Positions 40,837 to 51,722 of a stretch of DNA of 64,000 bases are shown piece by piece. This stretch comes from an uncultured delta proteobacterium. Its GTDB lineage: Bacteria; Myxococcota_A; Polyangia; Fen-1088. The position numbers and the translations under genes were made by a program. The first letter of the stretch is position 1. Every line of letters starts with the position of its first letter. Below the pieces are notes generated by a model. It was not told where the DNA came from, searched no databases, and saw only the letters and a program-made list of their open reading frames with translations. Where the stretch lies: assembly GCA_963796685.1 (NCBI GenBank), contig CAWCMR010000025.1, forward strand, positions 1,184,001-1,248,000, read 5' to 3'.

Positions 40837-42013
40837 GTTGAAGCTTGCCGCGGTAGGCCTGCTCCAACTTGCGCACTACGGCACGAAGCCCAAACCGCTC
40901 CTCTGCCATCTCGCGAGAGCGTTGTCCCATCCGAGCGGCGAGGGACGGGTCGGCCGCTAGTCTTCGCAAAGCCGCTGCCAGCGCCTCGGGATCACTGGCC
41001 GGTACCAGCAGACCATTCTCCTCGTGCACCACGACGTCCTCATTTCCGCTGACCCGTGTAGCCACGATCGGCAGTCCCATGGCCATGGCTTCGAGGACCG
41101 CGTTCGGTAGGCCCTCCTGCAAGGACGGCTGGACGTAGATGTCCGTCTTGGCCAAGACAGCAGGCACGTCAGTGACCTCGCCCAAAAATTCTATGCTGTC
41201 GGCCAGCCCGGCTTCCCGGGCCTTCTTTGTCAGCGCCTCTCGCTCCCAGCCGTCGCCCGCAATCGTCAGCCGTGCGTTGGCGGCAGAGGCTACTCGGGAC
41301 CAGGCATCCACCAGAACCGAGACTCCTTTGACCGGTCGGATGCGGCCAACATAGGTGACGCGGGTTGGCGTTCCTGGTGTGCGGACCTCTAGGGCGCGCG
41401 GAGAGAATCGAGTGAGATCCACCGCATTCGGCACCATCAGGAGTTGCTCCTCGTTATAGCCTGCGTTCTTGACCATGGAGCGGGTGAATTCGCTGACACA
41501 CTGCATGTTGTCGACGCGCCTGATGCACCAGTTGTATAGGCGTTGCACCGGGCGCGCGCGCAGCTCGGGGTCGAGAAGTCCGCCACTGAACTCCCACGCG
41601 CCGGATATTTTCACGGTTACAGTGGCCGCGAGCAGCGGCCGAAGCAACCCGGACACGGCAGCCAGATTCTTCGCCATGGTCACGTGGATGGCATCGAACT
41701 CGCCACGTCGGGTCCACAGCCAGACGCCGTAGTGCACGCATAGCATGGCTGCTCCCAACATCTTGATGCGCGGGTAGGCAAGACGCTGCACCGGGATGCC
41801 ATCGACTTGATCCGTTCGAGGCAAGGTCCGGTCGAGCCACGGCGCCACGATGCGGACGGAGTGACCCGCTTCCGCAAAAGCTCGAGCGAGCGTCCGCACC
41901 TGTTTCTCGGCACCACCGGTCGCGGGATAGTAGCCGTCCACGACGAACAGGATTCGCAGCGGCGGCGCGGATTTCGGTTCCGCAGCATCGCTATCTAGAG
42001 ATTCTGAGGCCAT
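40814..42013 (-). CDS. Glycosyltransferase family 4
   Basis: GGAE, VGRIRPVKG, EGLPNAVLEAMA. Confidence 0.92.
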   Translation of the reverse strand: MASESLDSDAAEPKSAPPLRILFVVDGYYPATGGAEKQVRTLARAFAEAGHSVRIVAPWLDRTLPRTDQVDGIPVQRLAYPRIKMLGAAMLCVHYGVWLWTRRGEFDAIHVTMAKNLAAVSGLLRPLLAATVTVKISGAWEFSGGLLDPELRARPVQRLYNWCIRRVDNMQCVSEFTRSMVKNAGYNEEQLLMVPNAVDLTRFSPRALEVRTPGTPTRVTYVGRIRPVKGVSVLVDAWSRVASAANARLTIAGDGWEREALTKKAREAGLADSIEFLGEVTDVPAVLAKTDIYVQPSLQEGLPNAVLEAMAMGLPIVATRVSGNEDVVVHEENGLLVPASDPEALAAALRRLAADPSLAARMGQRSREMAEERFGLRAVVRKLEQAYRGKLQHAGARGR

Positions 42014-42177
42014 CGGTTCTCGGTGCCATTCGTTCTGCAGCTGGCATCCCTGCAGTCAAGGGCAGGGGGCGGTCGGGATGCTCAATTCACTCCCGAACCT
42101 AACAGGGAGTGAGCCTCGCCGCCACGGCAACTCGCCCGGGTGGCGTAATGAGCCCCGGCCTCAGCCCGATTGGCTCG

Positions 42178-42987
42178 TCAGCCTTGGCAACCCGGGAGGT
42201 TCGGCCACCCCGTGGCGGTTAGTACTAGGTCACCGATCCTCGTGAAACGCACGTTCACGGGTTGGCCTTGATCGATCCAAGGCGACAGTCGACGGAGGCA
42301 GGTGAAGCGAAGGTGTCCGGCCGCCGGGTCCACCTCGGAAAGCTCTATCTCCGTAGGTTCGATGAACTCCTTCACTAGTGGGTTGAGGCACTTGAAGATG
42401 CTCTCCTTGGCCGAGAAGAGCAGAGTGGTGCGCCAAGCGACGTCGCCTTTGTCTCTCCAGCCCTCGAATCGGCGCTCGCCAGAAGTGAGCGCCACGCTGT
42501 GCACAGCTTCGACGGCATCGTCATTGAGGAGGTGCTCGAGGTCGATTCCCAGGGAGTTGAAGTCACTGCTCCGGGCCACCACGGCCCAGGCGATGCCAGC
42601 CGCGTGCGAGAGAGAGCCGGCCCAGCCATCAGGCCAGATGGGGGCGCGCCCCTGGTTGGCGCCCACCTGATCCGAGCCAGCTCCTGCTTGCTGCAGTGCC
42701 AGTTGCGCGCAAGCCCGCCCCACGAGTAGGTCCTGGACGCGGGCACGAGCGCGAGCTTGGGTCAGCGGGTCCGGGACCGCCACATCGATCAGTCTGGTGG
42801 CGGGCAAGATGGTGCCCCCGTTGTCTACTTCGGTCCGAGCCGCAACCTGGATCACGCGGGCGTCAGTGATCAAAGGAAGGCGGGCCAAGGGTGTCACAAG
42901 CACGGGCCGCCACAGATCCTCGCTGGCCTCTTGCCCCGCCCGACGGACCAGCCAACGTTCAGCAGTTTCTCCGTTTTGATAGTCCAT
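42178..42987 (-). CDS. 4'-phosphopantetheinyl transferase (EntD-like)
   Basis: PIWPDGWAGSLSH, GIDLE, FSAKESIFK. Confidence 0.9.
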   Translation of the reverse strand: MDYQNGETAERWLVRRAGQEASEDLWRPVLVTPLARLPLITDARVIQVAARTEVDNGGTILPATRLIDVAVPDPLTQARARARVQDLLVGRACAQLALQQAGAGSDQVGANQGRAPIWPDGWAGSLSHAAGIAWAVVARSSDFNSLGIDLEHLLNDDAVEAVHSVALTSGERRFEGWRDKGDVAWRTTLLFSAKESIFKCLNPLVKEFIEPTEIELSEVDPAAGHLRFTCLRRLSPWIDQGQPVNVRFTRIGDLVLTATGWPNLPGCQG

Positions 42988-43024
42988 GCTGTCCACGGTG
43001 GCGAGCTTTGCTGGAAAGCACAAT

Positions 43025-44530
43025 CTATCCCCCTCTCTTGCGCGCACCGACCCGGCTGGCTGCCTTGCGCGCGAGGCTGCGCGCGTCTCGGTCGAGCAGA
43101 ATGATCAACAGGCTGTAGAGGACAGCGCCCGTCCCCGTGCGCAGGCCGATGGTGGCGAAGTGATGCCCAGGGTAGAGGTTTCGCAGGGCCAGCCACATCA
43201 GCACCGAGGCGCCGCCCGCGCGCAGGATCGTCGCCCAGGGAATTTGTACTCGCAACAGGTGGCGCGCAATGACGGCAAGCGCCACAGCGTTGACTACATA
43301 GCTGACGAGAGTGGCGATAGCAGCGCCCAGAATCCCAATGCGAGGCACCAGCACGATGTTCAGCACGAGATTCAAGAGCGCGATGGAGACGACGATGCCC
43401 ATGATGGTGCGGGTTCGGCGATGGATGAACAGGCCGGCCCCTAGCATGCTGTTGGCGCCTTCCACGATCAGGCCAGCGATGACCCAGGGCAAAACGCCAG
43501 AGGCGCTCACGTACTTCTCCGAGGCCAACGCGGGCAAGAGCTCGGGCCCCACTGCTGTCAGACCGGCAATGACAGGCGCGGCCAGCAGCGTATATGTGCG
43601 CAGCGAGCGGCTGATGAAGTCGACAGTCTGGTCGTGGCCTTGCTGGTCCCACATCTGCATGTACAGCGGCTGGATGGCCTGGCAGACGGGAGAGACAACC
43701 ATCGACTGGACATAGAGGCACAGATTGTAGGCTGCGGCGTAGAGGCCCAACTCCGTCGCTCCGATGGTACCCTCGATGACGTAGCGATCCCCTACGGACA
43801 GGACGATGTTCGATAGCTCCTGGCCGATCATCATCGGAACGCCGAACTTCAAAAGCTCGAGGTAGAGGGGCCGTGAAAACTGCGCCGGTGAAGGTAGTGG
43901 GCGAAGGCCGCGCCGAAACATGACCAGCGCCAAGGTGCCGATCGCCAAGGCCTCTGTCATCGCTGTGGCGGTATAAAATGCCGTCAGGCTGCGCGCGATG
44001 GCCAACACTGCGACCAGGATCAAGCCGAGTCCGAGGCACTTCTTGAGCACCTGATAGATCATCAGTTGGGAGGTGCGCTGCTCGGCGCGCATGAAATTGA
44101 TCAGGGCGCTTTCGAGCACCTGCACGACAACGACGACCGACATGATCACCATCAACCCAGGTACCCGGGGGTCGCCCAGCCAACGCGCCGGAAGTAGATG
44201 GAATCCAACCGCCACCAAAAGCGCAACCGCCAGCCCAGTGCCCACCATACCAAGCAAGGTCGTTGCGCTGAGCTGGGCCAGCGAATAGCGACCCCGATCC
44301 GCCACGATCTCGCTGTGATAGCGGATGATGGAGTGCTGCACCCCGACCTTGCCCACAGCTGCGGCCACTGTGACTGTGGCACCGATCAGACTCATGACGC
44401 CATAGTCGGCCAACGAGAACAGCCGGGTGAGAAGCGGAAAGGTCACCAGACCGGCCACTGTCGCGATCAGGCTGATCACCGAGAAGTGCGACGTCTGGAC
44501 GGCCAGGCGCTTGAACGCGGAGCTCGCCAT
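43025..44530 (-). CDS. wzx: Wzx flippase
   Basis: Multi-TM; FPLLTRLFSLADYG, DRYVI, LGLYAAAY, GILGAAIAT. Confidence 0.9.
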   Translation of the reverse strand: MASSAFKRLAVQTSHFSVISLIATVAGLVTFPLLTRLFSLADYGVMSLIGATVTVAAAVGKVGVQHSIIRYHSEIVADRGRYSLAQLSATTLLGMVGTGLAVALLVAVGFHLLPARWLGDPRVPGLMVIMSVVVVVQVLESALINFMRAEQRTSQLMIYQVLKKCLGLGLILVAVLAIARSLTAFYTATAMTEALAIGTLALVMFRRGLRPLPSPAQFSRPLYLELLKFGVPMMIGQELSNIVLSVGDRYVIEGTIGATELGLYAAAYNLCLYVQSMVVSPVCQAIQPLYMQMWDQQGHDQTVDFISRSLRTYTLLAAPVIAGLTAVGPELLPALASEKYVSASGVLPWVIAGLIVEGANSMLGAGLFIHRRTRTIMGIVVSIALLNLVLNIVLVPRIGILGAAIATLVSYVVNAVALAVIARHLLRVQIPWATILRAGGASVLMWLALRNLYPGHHFATIGLRTGTGAVLYSLLIILLDRDARSLARKAASRVGARKRGG

Positions 44531-44849
44531 CTTTACTGTACCCAGCGGGGCTCTGCTACAGTCATGACGATTCGCCGGCGTGCGCAGGGCAGATCGCGTA
44601 CCAGGGCGGCAAGTGCGGCGCTCGAGTGGGAAGCGCAGCGCCAAAGGAGAGCGGACGTCGTCGGCCTAAGGGCGCGTTGAGGACTCCTACCAGTGATTAA
44701 GCTGCCCTCGGGTGCTGGGGGGACTGAAAGCATGTCTATCTATTGGATCCCGGTTTTTGCTCAATGTCAATCGCATGTGCTAGGCGTCAATGCGATTGAC
44801 GCCTGGCGCTCAGTCGCAGTGTCCGGAATCCGGACTAGTTGGTATGATT

Positions 44850-45785
44850 TCAATACGCGCCAGGCGGCGGTTCGACCTTGCGCCGGCGATAGCGCGCTCC
44901 GCCAATCACATGTCCCAACGGTGCCTTGAGCGCATCCATCCATGGCGAGATACCTGGCAGTCTCGGCGAGACACCGAAGCGTCGGAGGACCTCGTTGAAC
45001 TGGTGCACTTGAGCGTGCCTGCGCGTGAGATGCGTGTAGAAGGTCACGCCAATCGACATCGAAACACCGTCACCAGGCTTGGTCCAGCTTCGATCGGCAC
45101 GCGTCATGTGTGGCGTGGTGCTGGGGAAATAGATGCCGTCGCCCGGGCCAACATCGAACTCCTTGCTGCGGGGTGTAAACTCTTCCTTCAGACGAATTCG
45201 AGCGAGTGAGCGATGGATGATGAAGTCCTCGATATCTCTTGCGGGCACCACGAGACGGTCGGTGTGGTCCCACACGTTGATCGTCTTTCGGCCATGGATT
45301 TGCATCCAGAAGTTATTTTCGCGATCGATGTGAAAGGGTGTGACCGAGGGCGGGGCCGAGATGAAGATGAACCCGTTGATGAAGAAGATGGAAGACTGTT
45401 CACGCTCGACATAGGGCCGAACTGTTTCAATCACCTCGGTCAGGAGCGCCTGATACCGCGGAACCCTCTCGACATTGTAGAGGGCGATCCACGAACCCGG
45501 CTCCTCAATCCGACGGAAGACTTCCTCGATGGTCCTGCCGTCGGGGCTCGTGGGGTCATGCTGAAAATTTGAGCCCTGCGTCGTTCCGGGCCGAATGAAC
45601 CGGCAGCCATCCATCGGCATCATTTCCTTTGCAAGCACTTCGACCTGTGAGAGCTGGAACAGCGGGTGGTCGCTGTAGTTGTGATGAAGTCTGCCGATCT
45701 TAAGCGTGGAGAAAGTCGAGGCGTCTTCTACCTGCACTCGATAGCGCCCTTGGGATGGCGCTACGTCCATGGGTGCGTTCTGCAT
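44850..45785 (-). CDS. JmjC/cupin-like Fe(II)/2OG oxygenase
   Basis: TPFHIDRENNFWMQIHGRK (HxD) ... YFPSTTPH. Confidence 0.85.
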   Translation of the reverse strand: MQNAPMDVAPSQGRYRVQVEDASTFSTLKIGRLHHNYSDHPLFQLSQVEVLAKEMMPMDGCRFIRPGTTQGSNFQHDPTSPDGRTIEEVFRRIEEPGSWIALYNVERVPRYQALLTEVIETVRPYVEREQSSIFFINGFIFISAPPSVTPFHIDRENNFWMQIHGRKTINVWDHTDRLVVPARDIEDFIIHRSLARIRLKEEFTPRSKEFDVGPGDGIYFPSTTPHMTRADRSWTKPGDGVSMSIGVTFYTHLTRRHAQVHQFNEVLRRFGVSPRLPGISPWMDALKAPLGHVIGGARYRRRKVEPPPGAY

Positions 45786-46083
45786 GGTCTCCTCTTGGTT
45801 CTGATCGGGCGGTTGTTGGTTAAATTCGTCACGGTCAGGATATCAGCCTGTGGCGCGGACGGGACCTGGAGATCCCTAGCAAGGTATCCTCGATCCGAAA
45901 GCGGATATTTTGACTCCTATATCATGACTATCAAAGAGAAATTCGACACGTCTCAGAGTGCGACTTCGACAAGATTTGGGAGAATTCCGTCTTGCAACAC
46001 GACCGACTCACCCTTGTAGACCGTTGCATAGACCGCCAACGCGTGCGACTCCACGGCAGGGTTCGGCATCCTAATGGGAAATT

Positions 46084-46929
46084 ATGTCCATGAGCACAGC
46101 CGTCCGAGGGGTTAAAGGCAGGTTATTGCGAACGCCACTTCTTAACACGGCGCTGCGCCTTATGGCTGCGACGTTCGCGAGCCAGCGGTTTCTGCGCGCC
46201 GGGCACGCCTTTCGCGGCGTGTACCCGACCTTCGATGCCGCGCGGCTGGCGCTGCCTCCAGATCGGGCCCAGGGGTATGACAACTCGGCGGCCGCGAGCT
46301 ACTACCGCGACCGGCTAGAGCGTGTCTATCCCGGAGACTATCCCGTGCTATTTTGGCTTTCCCGATGCCTGCCACTGACGCGCGTGTTCGACCTCGGCGG
46401 GCATGTTGGTATCGCCTTCCGCGCCTACCGTCGCTACCTGCCCGTCGAGTCCACGGCGGAGTGGCTGGTCTGTGACGTCCCGGCTGTTTGTGACGCTGGG
46501 CGGGAGCTGGCCAAAGAATGGCAGACTCCCAATCTCAACTTCACGAGTGATCGAGTCGCTGGAAGTGGGTCGGAGCTTCTCTTTGCGTCCGGTTCACTTC
46601 AGTACCTCGAAGTCGGCCTTCCCGAAGTCCTCTCCAGCTACTCGGCACGGCCACGCCATGTCCTCCTCAACCTGCTGCCAGTAAGTGAGCTCCCCACCTA
46701 CTACACCACCCAGACCATCGGCGTCGCTTTCTGTCCCTACCGAATACAGTCTGGTCCGGATCTCCTCGCAGACATGGCGTCGCTCGGTTACGAGCTCGTA
46801 GACCGCTGGAAAAACGTGGAGAAGCGCTGTTGGATCCCGCTCTATCCCGAGCACAGCTTGGAGCACTACGAAGGGTTCTATTTTCGGCTGACGGAAGCGA
46901 GCAAGAGCGCGCACGTTGCTATCCGATGA
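46084..46929 (+). CDS. Putative methyltransferase (TIGR04325-like)
   Basis: FRGVY, DYPVLFWL, VFDLGGHVG, ASGSLQY. Confidence 0.75.
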   Translation: MSMSTAVRGVKGRLLRTPLLNTALRLMAATFASQRFLRAGHAFRGVYPTFDAARLALPPDRAQGYDNSAAASYYRDRLERVYPGDYPVLFWLSRCLPLTRVFDLGGHVGIAFRAYRRYLPVESTAEWLVCDVPAVCDAGRELAKEWQTPNLNFTSDRVAGSGSELLFASGSLQYLEVGLPEVLSSYSARPRHVLLNLLPVSELPTYYTTQTIGVAFCPYRIQSGPDLLADMASLGYELVDRWKNVEKRCWIPLYPEHSLEHYEGFYFRLTEASKSAHVAIR

Positions 46930-47036
46930 CCGAGCCCCGTCTAGCGGACTGGAACCGAATGGTGCAGTCTAGTTCGCGAAGTGTTCCTCGTGGTCGTGGA
47001 CGCCGCGCAAGAAGTCGAGCGACCATCTAAGACTGT

Positions 47037-48545
47037 GTGTGTCATGGATTGCGCTTTTCGATTGCTGTTGTGCCCTTGCGGGTTCACGATCTCGTCATCT
47101 TGTCTCGAGGTCTTGATTGCACCGGTTTGGCGTTAATGCTCTTCGCCGTCCTTCTCGTCGGAAACTGCCGGAGTAGCACCCAGATCTCGAAATCCATGAG
47201 CCCACCAGATGGAAGCGGTTGGATGGGGACAGGCGCGCAAGCCACAGGAATCTCGTCGCCAACGGGTGGAAGCGCGACAAGCACCTCGGAGGGCGGCACT
47301 GGTGGCACGGCCGTTTCAGGGGCGGGAGGCGGCCCGGGGACAGACGCGGCCAGCGCGCAAGGCACAGGAGGCTTGTCGGCAATGGGTGGTAGCATGACAA
47401 GCACCACACGCCCACCGAATGGAAGCGGTGGCTCGGGGACAGACGCGGCCAGCGCGCAAGGCACTGGAGGCTTGTCGTCAACGGGTGGCAGGGTGACAAG
47501 CACCACACGCCCACCGAATGGAAGTGGCGGGGCGGGGACAGGCACGGCCGGCGCGCAAGGCACTGGAGGCTTGTCGTCAACGGGTGGAAGCATGACAAGC
47601 ACCTCACGCCCACCGAATGGAAGCGGCGGGGTGGGGACAGGCACGGCCGGCACGCAAGGCACTGGGGGCTTGTCTTCAGCGGGTGGCAGCGTGACAAGCA
47701 CCTCGAGGGTCGGCGCTGGTGGCGCCGCCGGATCAGCGGCTGGCGGTACTTCCGGAGGATCCGGCGGAACCATGCTGGGCTGCTCAATGACGGGACAAGC
47801 CACGGGCGATCTTCATTTCTCGACCAAGGACGGACGCGGCAAGGCGCGCGACTACGAAGTTCTCGTGCCTGCGACCTATGCGCCCGGTGTCCCGCTCGCC
47901 GTCACGTTCCATTTCCATGGCGCGGGCGGGACCGCGTCGGGGGCTAAGAACGACGGGCTGCAAGACGCGACCGGCGCTTCCGCCAGCTCGATCTTCGTGT
48001 TCCCACAGGGCGTTCAATTCGGCAGCTACGGCGTTGGCTGGGACGACTCCTGCTCTGGCTATGACGTCGTGTTCTTCGACAACATGGTGGCGGATCTGCA
48101 GGGCAAGTACTGTGTCGATCCTAACCGACTCTACGTGTCTGGATTTTCATGGGGCTGCGATTTCGTGACGGCCTTGGTGTGTTGTCGCGGCAACCGGCTG
48201 CGCGGAGTCGCGGCCGCGTCGTGCAGCGACGAATTCAGCGACTCTGCCAACTACCAAACCTATGCGAACTATCCTTGCCCAGCTGCCAGTGCCGCCGCGA
48301 TTCGTTTCACGCACGACGTGAATAGCGATGGCGCGTATACCGCCCAGCAATTCGCGTCGACGAGTCAGCTCTACCGATCGCTCAACTCCTGCTCGGCGAC
48401 ATCATCGCCCACAGCACCTTCGCCCTGCGTCTCCTATCAAAGCTGCAAGAATCCCGTGGTTGAATGCGGGTACTCCGGAATTGGGCATGCCTTGCCTTCC
48501 AATTGGGCCAGCGATACCTGGAGTTTTTTGAGCCAACTTCGCTGA
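47037..48545 (+). CDS. Secreted alpha/beta-hydrolase (CE1/PHB-depolymerase-like esterase) with repeat linker
   Basis: LVGNC, Gly/Ser/Thr linker, FHGAGG, GFSWG nucleophile elbow, GIGH; start uncertain. Confidence 0.8.
   Translation: MCHGLRFSIAVVPLRVHDLVILSRGLDCTGLALMLFAVLLVGNCRSSTQISKSMSPPDGSGWMGTGAQATGISSPTGGSATSTSEGGTGGTAVSGAGGGPGTDAASAQGTGGLSAMGGSMTSTTRPPNGSGGSGTDAASAQGTGGLSSTGGRVTSTTRPPNGSGGAGTGTAGAQGTGGLSSTGGSMTSTSRPPNGSGGVGTGTAGTQGTGGLSSAGGSVTSTSRVGAGGAAGSAAGGTSGGSGGTMLGCSMTGQATGDLHFSTKDGRGKARDYEVLVPATYAPGVPLAVTFHFHGAGGTASGAKNDGLQDATGASASSIFVFPQGVQFGSYGVGWDDSCSGYDVVFFDNMVADLQGKYCVDPNRLYVSGFSWGCDFVTALVCCRGNRLRGVAAASCSDEFSDSANYQTYANYPCPAASAAAIRFTHDVNSDGAYTAQQFASTSQLYRSLNSCSATSSPTAPSPCVSYQSCKNPVVECGYSGIGHALPSNWASDTWSFLSQLR
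47337..47706 (+). repeat. About 3.7 x 99-bp in-frame tandem repeat
   Basis: Units start at 47337, 47436, 47535, 47634 (GTDAASAQGTGGLS.GG..TSTTRPPNGSGG.). Confidence 0.9.
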
Positions 48546-48750
48546 ACGCCGCTCAACCGCGTGGCAGGCGTGCGAAACGCCTTGGGATCCACGCATTCGG
48601 AGGGCATCAGGACGCCGACAATTTCGAGATGGTCAGCGTCGTCCCGCAGTGGGACGGCATCAGGTCCGCAATTGCAGAACTCAAGTGTCACCAGACTGTG
48701 ACGGCGCTAACGGCCCCATCAGGCGGACTGTCTCACCTGGCGCGTTATCC

Positions 48751-49637
48751 TCAGTACCACAGGAGCCGTTGCTCCTCGCTGCGGCCCTGGGCGAGGCTGC
48801 GTACGCGTCGCGCTGCGGCCAGTGTGCGTACCTTCACAGAGTCACGCAGCCGACTTTCGCCCACCGGAGTTGGCGACAGCCCGAGCTTACGCATGACGTG
48901 GTTGACCCGGTAGGCCTCTACTTGATCGTACGAACTCCGTGTGTTCATCAGGATGCTGAAGGTGACCGGGATATCGCTCCCGGTCGACACCGCGTGCGGT
49001 GACCCCATCGGCATGTAGACGCAGTCCCCCGACGCCAGCTCGATGACCTTTGCCTTGGCCTGCATAGCCTCCTGATAGACCACGTTGCGGAGCCCGCCTT
49101 CGCGATAGAAGACCTCGAGAGCGGGCTCGCTGACCACGCTCCTATCGCGGTGGTCCCATACGTAGAACGACTTCTTGCCGCGAATGTGGCAGAGGAAGTT
49201 CTGCTCGTGATCGAGGTGAAAGGGCGTTACGGAACCAGGTGATGCCAGGAATGCGGCTGCGTCACGGTTGAGGAGCTGGCGGTCGCGAGCAAGAACGCCG
49301 ACACCTCGTTGAACACGTCATCGAGCAGCGCGCGATATGCCGGATCACTGCGCACGTTGATAATCTGTACAAAGGCCTTCGCCTTGTGCAGATTGTCAAT
49401 CGCCTTGCCAAGGCCCTGTCGGGTTGGGTCGGTGCGCATCAGCGTGCCCATGGCGGTACCAATGCTGCGTTCGCCATCGTGAAATTTCACGTAGTCGGGA
49501 TCGATCCGCAACGCGAACTCAGACAGGCTCTGCGTCGTCATGAGCGGATGACTCGTAAGGTGATGACGGAGACGCGTTAACTGGAACTGATCGAATGAAC
49601 TGTCGATATCGATGAAGCTCAGCGTTGTAGTCGGCAC
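48751..49637 (-). pseudogene. Second JmjC/cupin oxygenase, frameshifted near 49291
   Basis: LRHHLTSHPL in one frame; SPGSVTPFHLDHEQNFLCHIRGKK...MPMGSPH in another. Confidence 0.8.
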
Positions 49638-49669
49638 GCTCTGATTGGATGCTGGGAGTGGAAAAACGT

Positions 49670-50993
49670 GGCTCCTCGCTATTTGGAATGGATTGAATTG
49701 GGAAATGCACAGGGAAGTCTGAAGTCCAGTTTTGACAGCAGCAGATAAATCACAGTCTTCATTTTGCGCGCGGAGCGAAAGCCACGCGCCCGCGCCTTGG
49801 CCGCCTGGATGAGGCTGTTGAGTCCTTCCAAGAGACCATTCGTCAGGCCTGACATGAACCATCTCATCACGCCTGCCTGGTGCGCCTTGAGGGTCTTGGC
49901 GGCCCTGATGACGGGTTCCAATCGGCTATGGGTGGCCCAGAAATACCAGCGCTGAAACCACGCCTCCGCTTCATCCGCACTCAGGCTATACAACTCCTGT
50001 AGCATGAGCTTGATGTGGTAGGCCCGCGCAGTGGCCAATTTGGAGGAGCGCAAGACCGCGAAGTGCTCCCTGTTCTCGGATTTGATGTTGGCCTCGTTCC
50101 TCAGCCAGTCGTGGCGCGTGCCCTTCAACTCCGGAGAGGACTTCTGCTCCTGCCTTCGCACCTCATCGATTGCGTCGTTCATGAGTTGGATGACATGGAA
50201 CCTGTCGAAGGTTAGGTGCGCCGCCGGAAACGTCTCCAAGATGCCCTTGATGAATGCCTGCGACATGTCGAGACTGAAGTCCGTCACCTTCTTCACGTCT
50301 CCACCGTGAGCGAGCAGATCGTCCTTGAAACAAGCCACCGTGCCGTGATCTTTCCCCTCCGTGACGAACAAGACTTTCGCCGCAACCATGTCGGCAAAGA
50401 CCGTGACATAGACGTGGTTCTTCTGCCGCGAAGTCTCGTCGACGCCAACCTCGGCGACCTGGCTGTAGTCGGCTCGCTCACGGGCCTCGTCCACGTAGTG
50501 TTCCAGGATGCGCCACAGGAGCGTGTCATGCTCGCCGACGATGCGACCGACCGCCGCCACCGTGAGGCCGTTGCGTGCCAGTTCCACCACCATCGCCTCG
50601 AAGAGAAGGGTGAAGTTCGACCCGCCACGAGCCCATGGCACATCGACCGTCAAGACGCCGTGCTTGTCACACTTGGTTCGAGGTTGTCTTGCCTCGACAT
50701 AGGTGAGGTACTGGAAGAAGTTCAGGTGTCGCCATGTCTGCGGCGAGGCATCGTGTACCTTGCAAGCATCGCCACACGTAGGGCAAGGGAAGGTGCTCCC
50801 CGGCTTGAAGTCGACTTTGATGTCGAGGCGCTTCTTCTCGGCGTCAAGGTTCAGCTCTACGACCTCCCATGGATTGACCATGCCGAGAGCCACTGTAAAA
50901 AGCGCATTGACGTCAAGACCAGAACTTGGATTTTGCACCACGGAAGATTAGCGGAACAACCAACCTCGCGTCCATTTTAGACAGCGAGGAGCC
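49670..50993 (-). mobile_element. ISL3-family IS
   Basis: IR GGCTCCTCGCT...AATGGA; 8-bp TSD AAAAACGT at 49662 and 50994. Confidence 0.95.
49679..50941 (-). CDS. ISL3 transposase
   Basis: CPTC, WRHLNFF, VGVDE, FDRFH, NGLLEGLN, ARGFR. Confidence 0.93.
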   Translation of the reverse strand: MVQNPSSGLDVNALFTVALGMVNPWEVVELNLDAEKKRLDIKVDFKPGSTFPCPTCGDACKVHDASPQTWRHLNFFQYLTYVEARQPRTKCDKHGVLTVDVPWARGGSNFTLLFEAMVVELARNGLTVAAVGRIVGEHDTLLWRILEHYVDEARERADYSQVAEVGVDETSRQKNHVYVTVFADMVAAKVLFVTEGKDHGTVACFKDDLLAHGGDVKKVTDFSLDMSQAFIKGILETFPAAHLTFDRFHVIQLMNDAIDEVRRQEQKSSPELKGTRHDWLRNEANIKSENREHFAVLRSSKLATARAYHIKLMLQELYSLSADEAEAWFQRWYFWATHSRLEPVIRAAKTLKAHQAGVMRWFMSGLTNGLLEGLNSLIQAAKARARGFRSARKMKTVIYLLLSKLDFRLPCAFPNSIHSK

Positions 50994-51341
50994 AAAAACG
51001 TCACCACCGAAATTCGACCCGCTTGGCCAGTTACGAGATTCTTCTCGACCGACCGCTCTTGCCGCGCGAATAGAGATGCTACGAATAATCTTCATAGGCC
51101 CCTCCGCTTTGCGAGCAAGGTTCACCGCAGGGCGCAAGGCCAATCGCCCCACAGTGTTGGCTAGTTTGGTCGGCTCCTCGCGCGAAGGCATAGGCCCATA
51201 ATCCCGCGACAAGCGCAGCGACGTCGCGGGGCGCCTGGCTGAAGGCCCCCTTCCAAGGCCAAGTTTCTGGCCTGGCAGGGCGACGAAGGGTCGTCGTGGT
51301 CGTAGACGTCCCCGTGCCCGTAGGCGTCCGCGCCGACGTGG

Positions 51342-51722
51342 CCGGACATTTTGGACGCTCCGGCCATTGGAAATCAGCCTGCCGCTAGCGGGAAGCTGAC
51401 CAGGGGCATAGGAGCGCCTTGCGACCTGCTAGCAGGGATGATGTTCGCGTTCAGGTCGCGCAGGTGGCGCGCAAGCGCGCCCGGCCGAGCAGCAAGTCGG
51501 CGCGTTCGAGAAGGCACTTTGCGACGCGGGCCAAGAGCTTGCGCGCGTGGCAAACCAGGCGGGCCGGGAGATTGAAGACGGCGAAACGCAAGCGCTTGGG
51601 TCGCGCGTCTTCGAAAGGCGGCGGAAGTGCGAGTACCTTCATGGCGGACAGCAGGTTGTAGGTCAGAAGGCACAGCCTGAACCAAGCGGCGTTGGCGCCG
51701 AAGGCTGCACAGGGCAACACGG
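51342..51722 (-). mobile_element. IS1380-family 3' remnant
   Basis: LPCAAFGANAAWFRLCLLTYNL...PKRLRFAVFNLPARLVCHAR; end position tentative. Confidence 0.65.

Noticed and set aside
47337-47706. CRISPR array
   Set aside because: In-frame 99-bp coding units without unique spacers; no cas genes.
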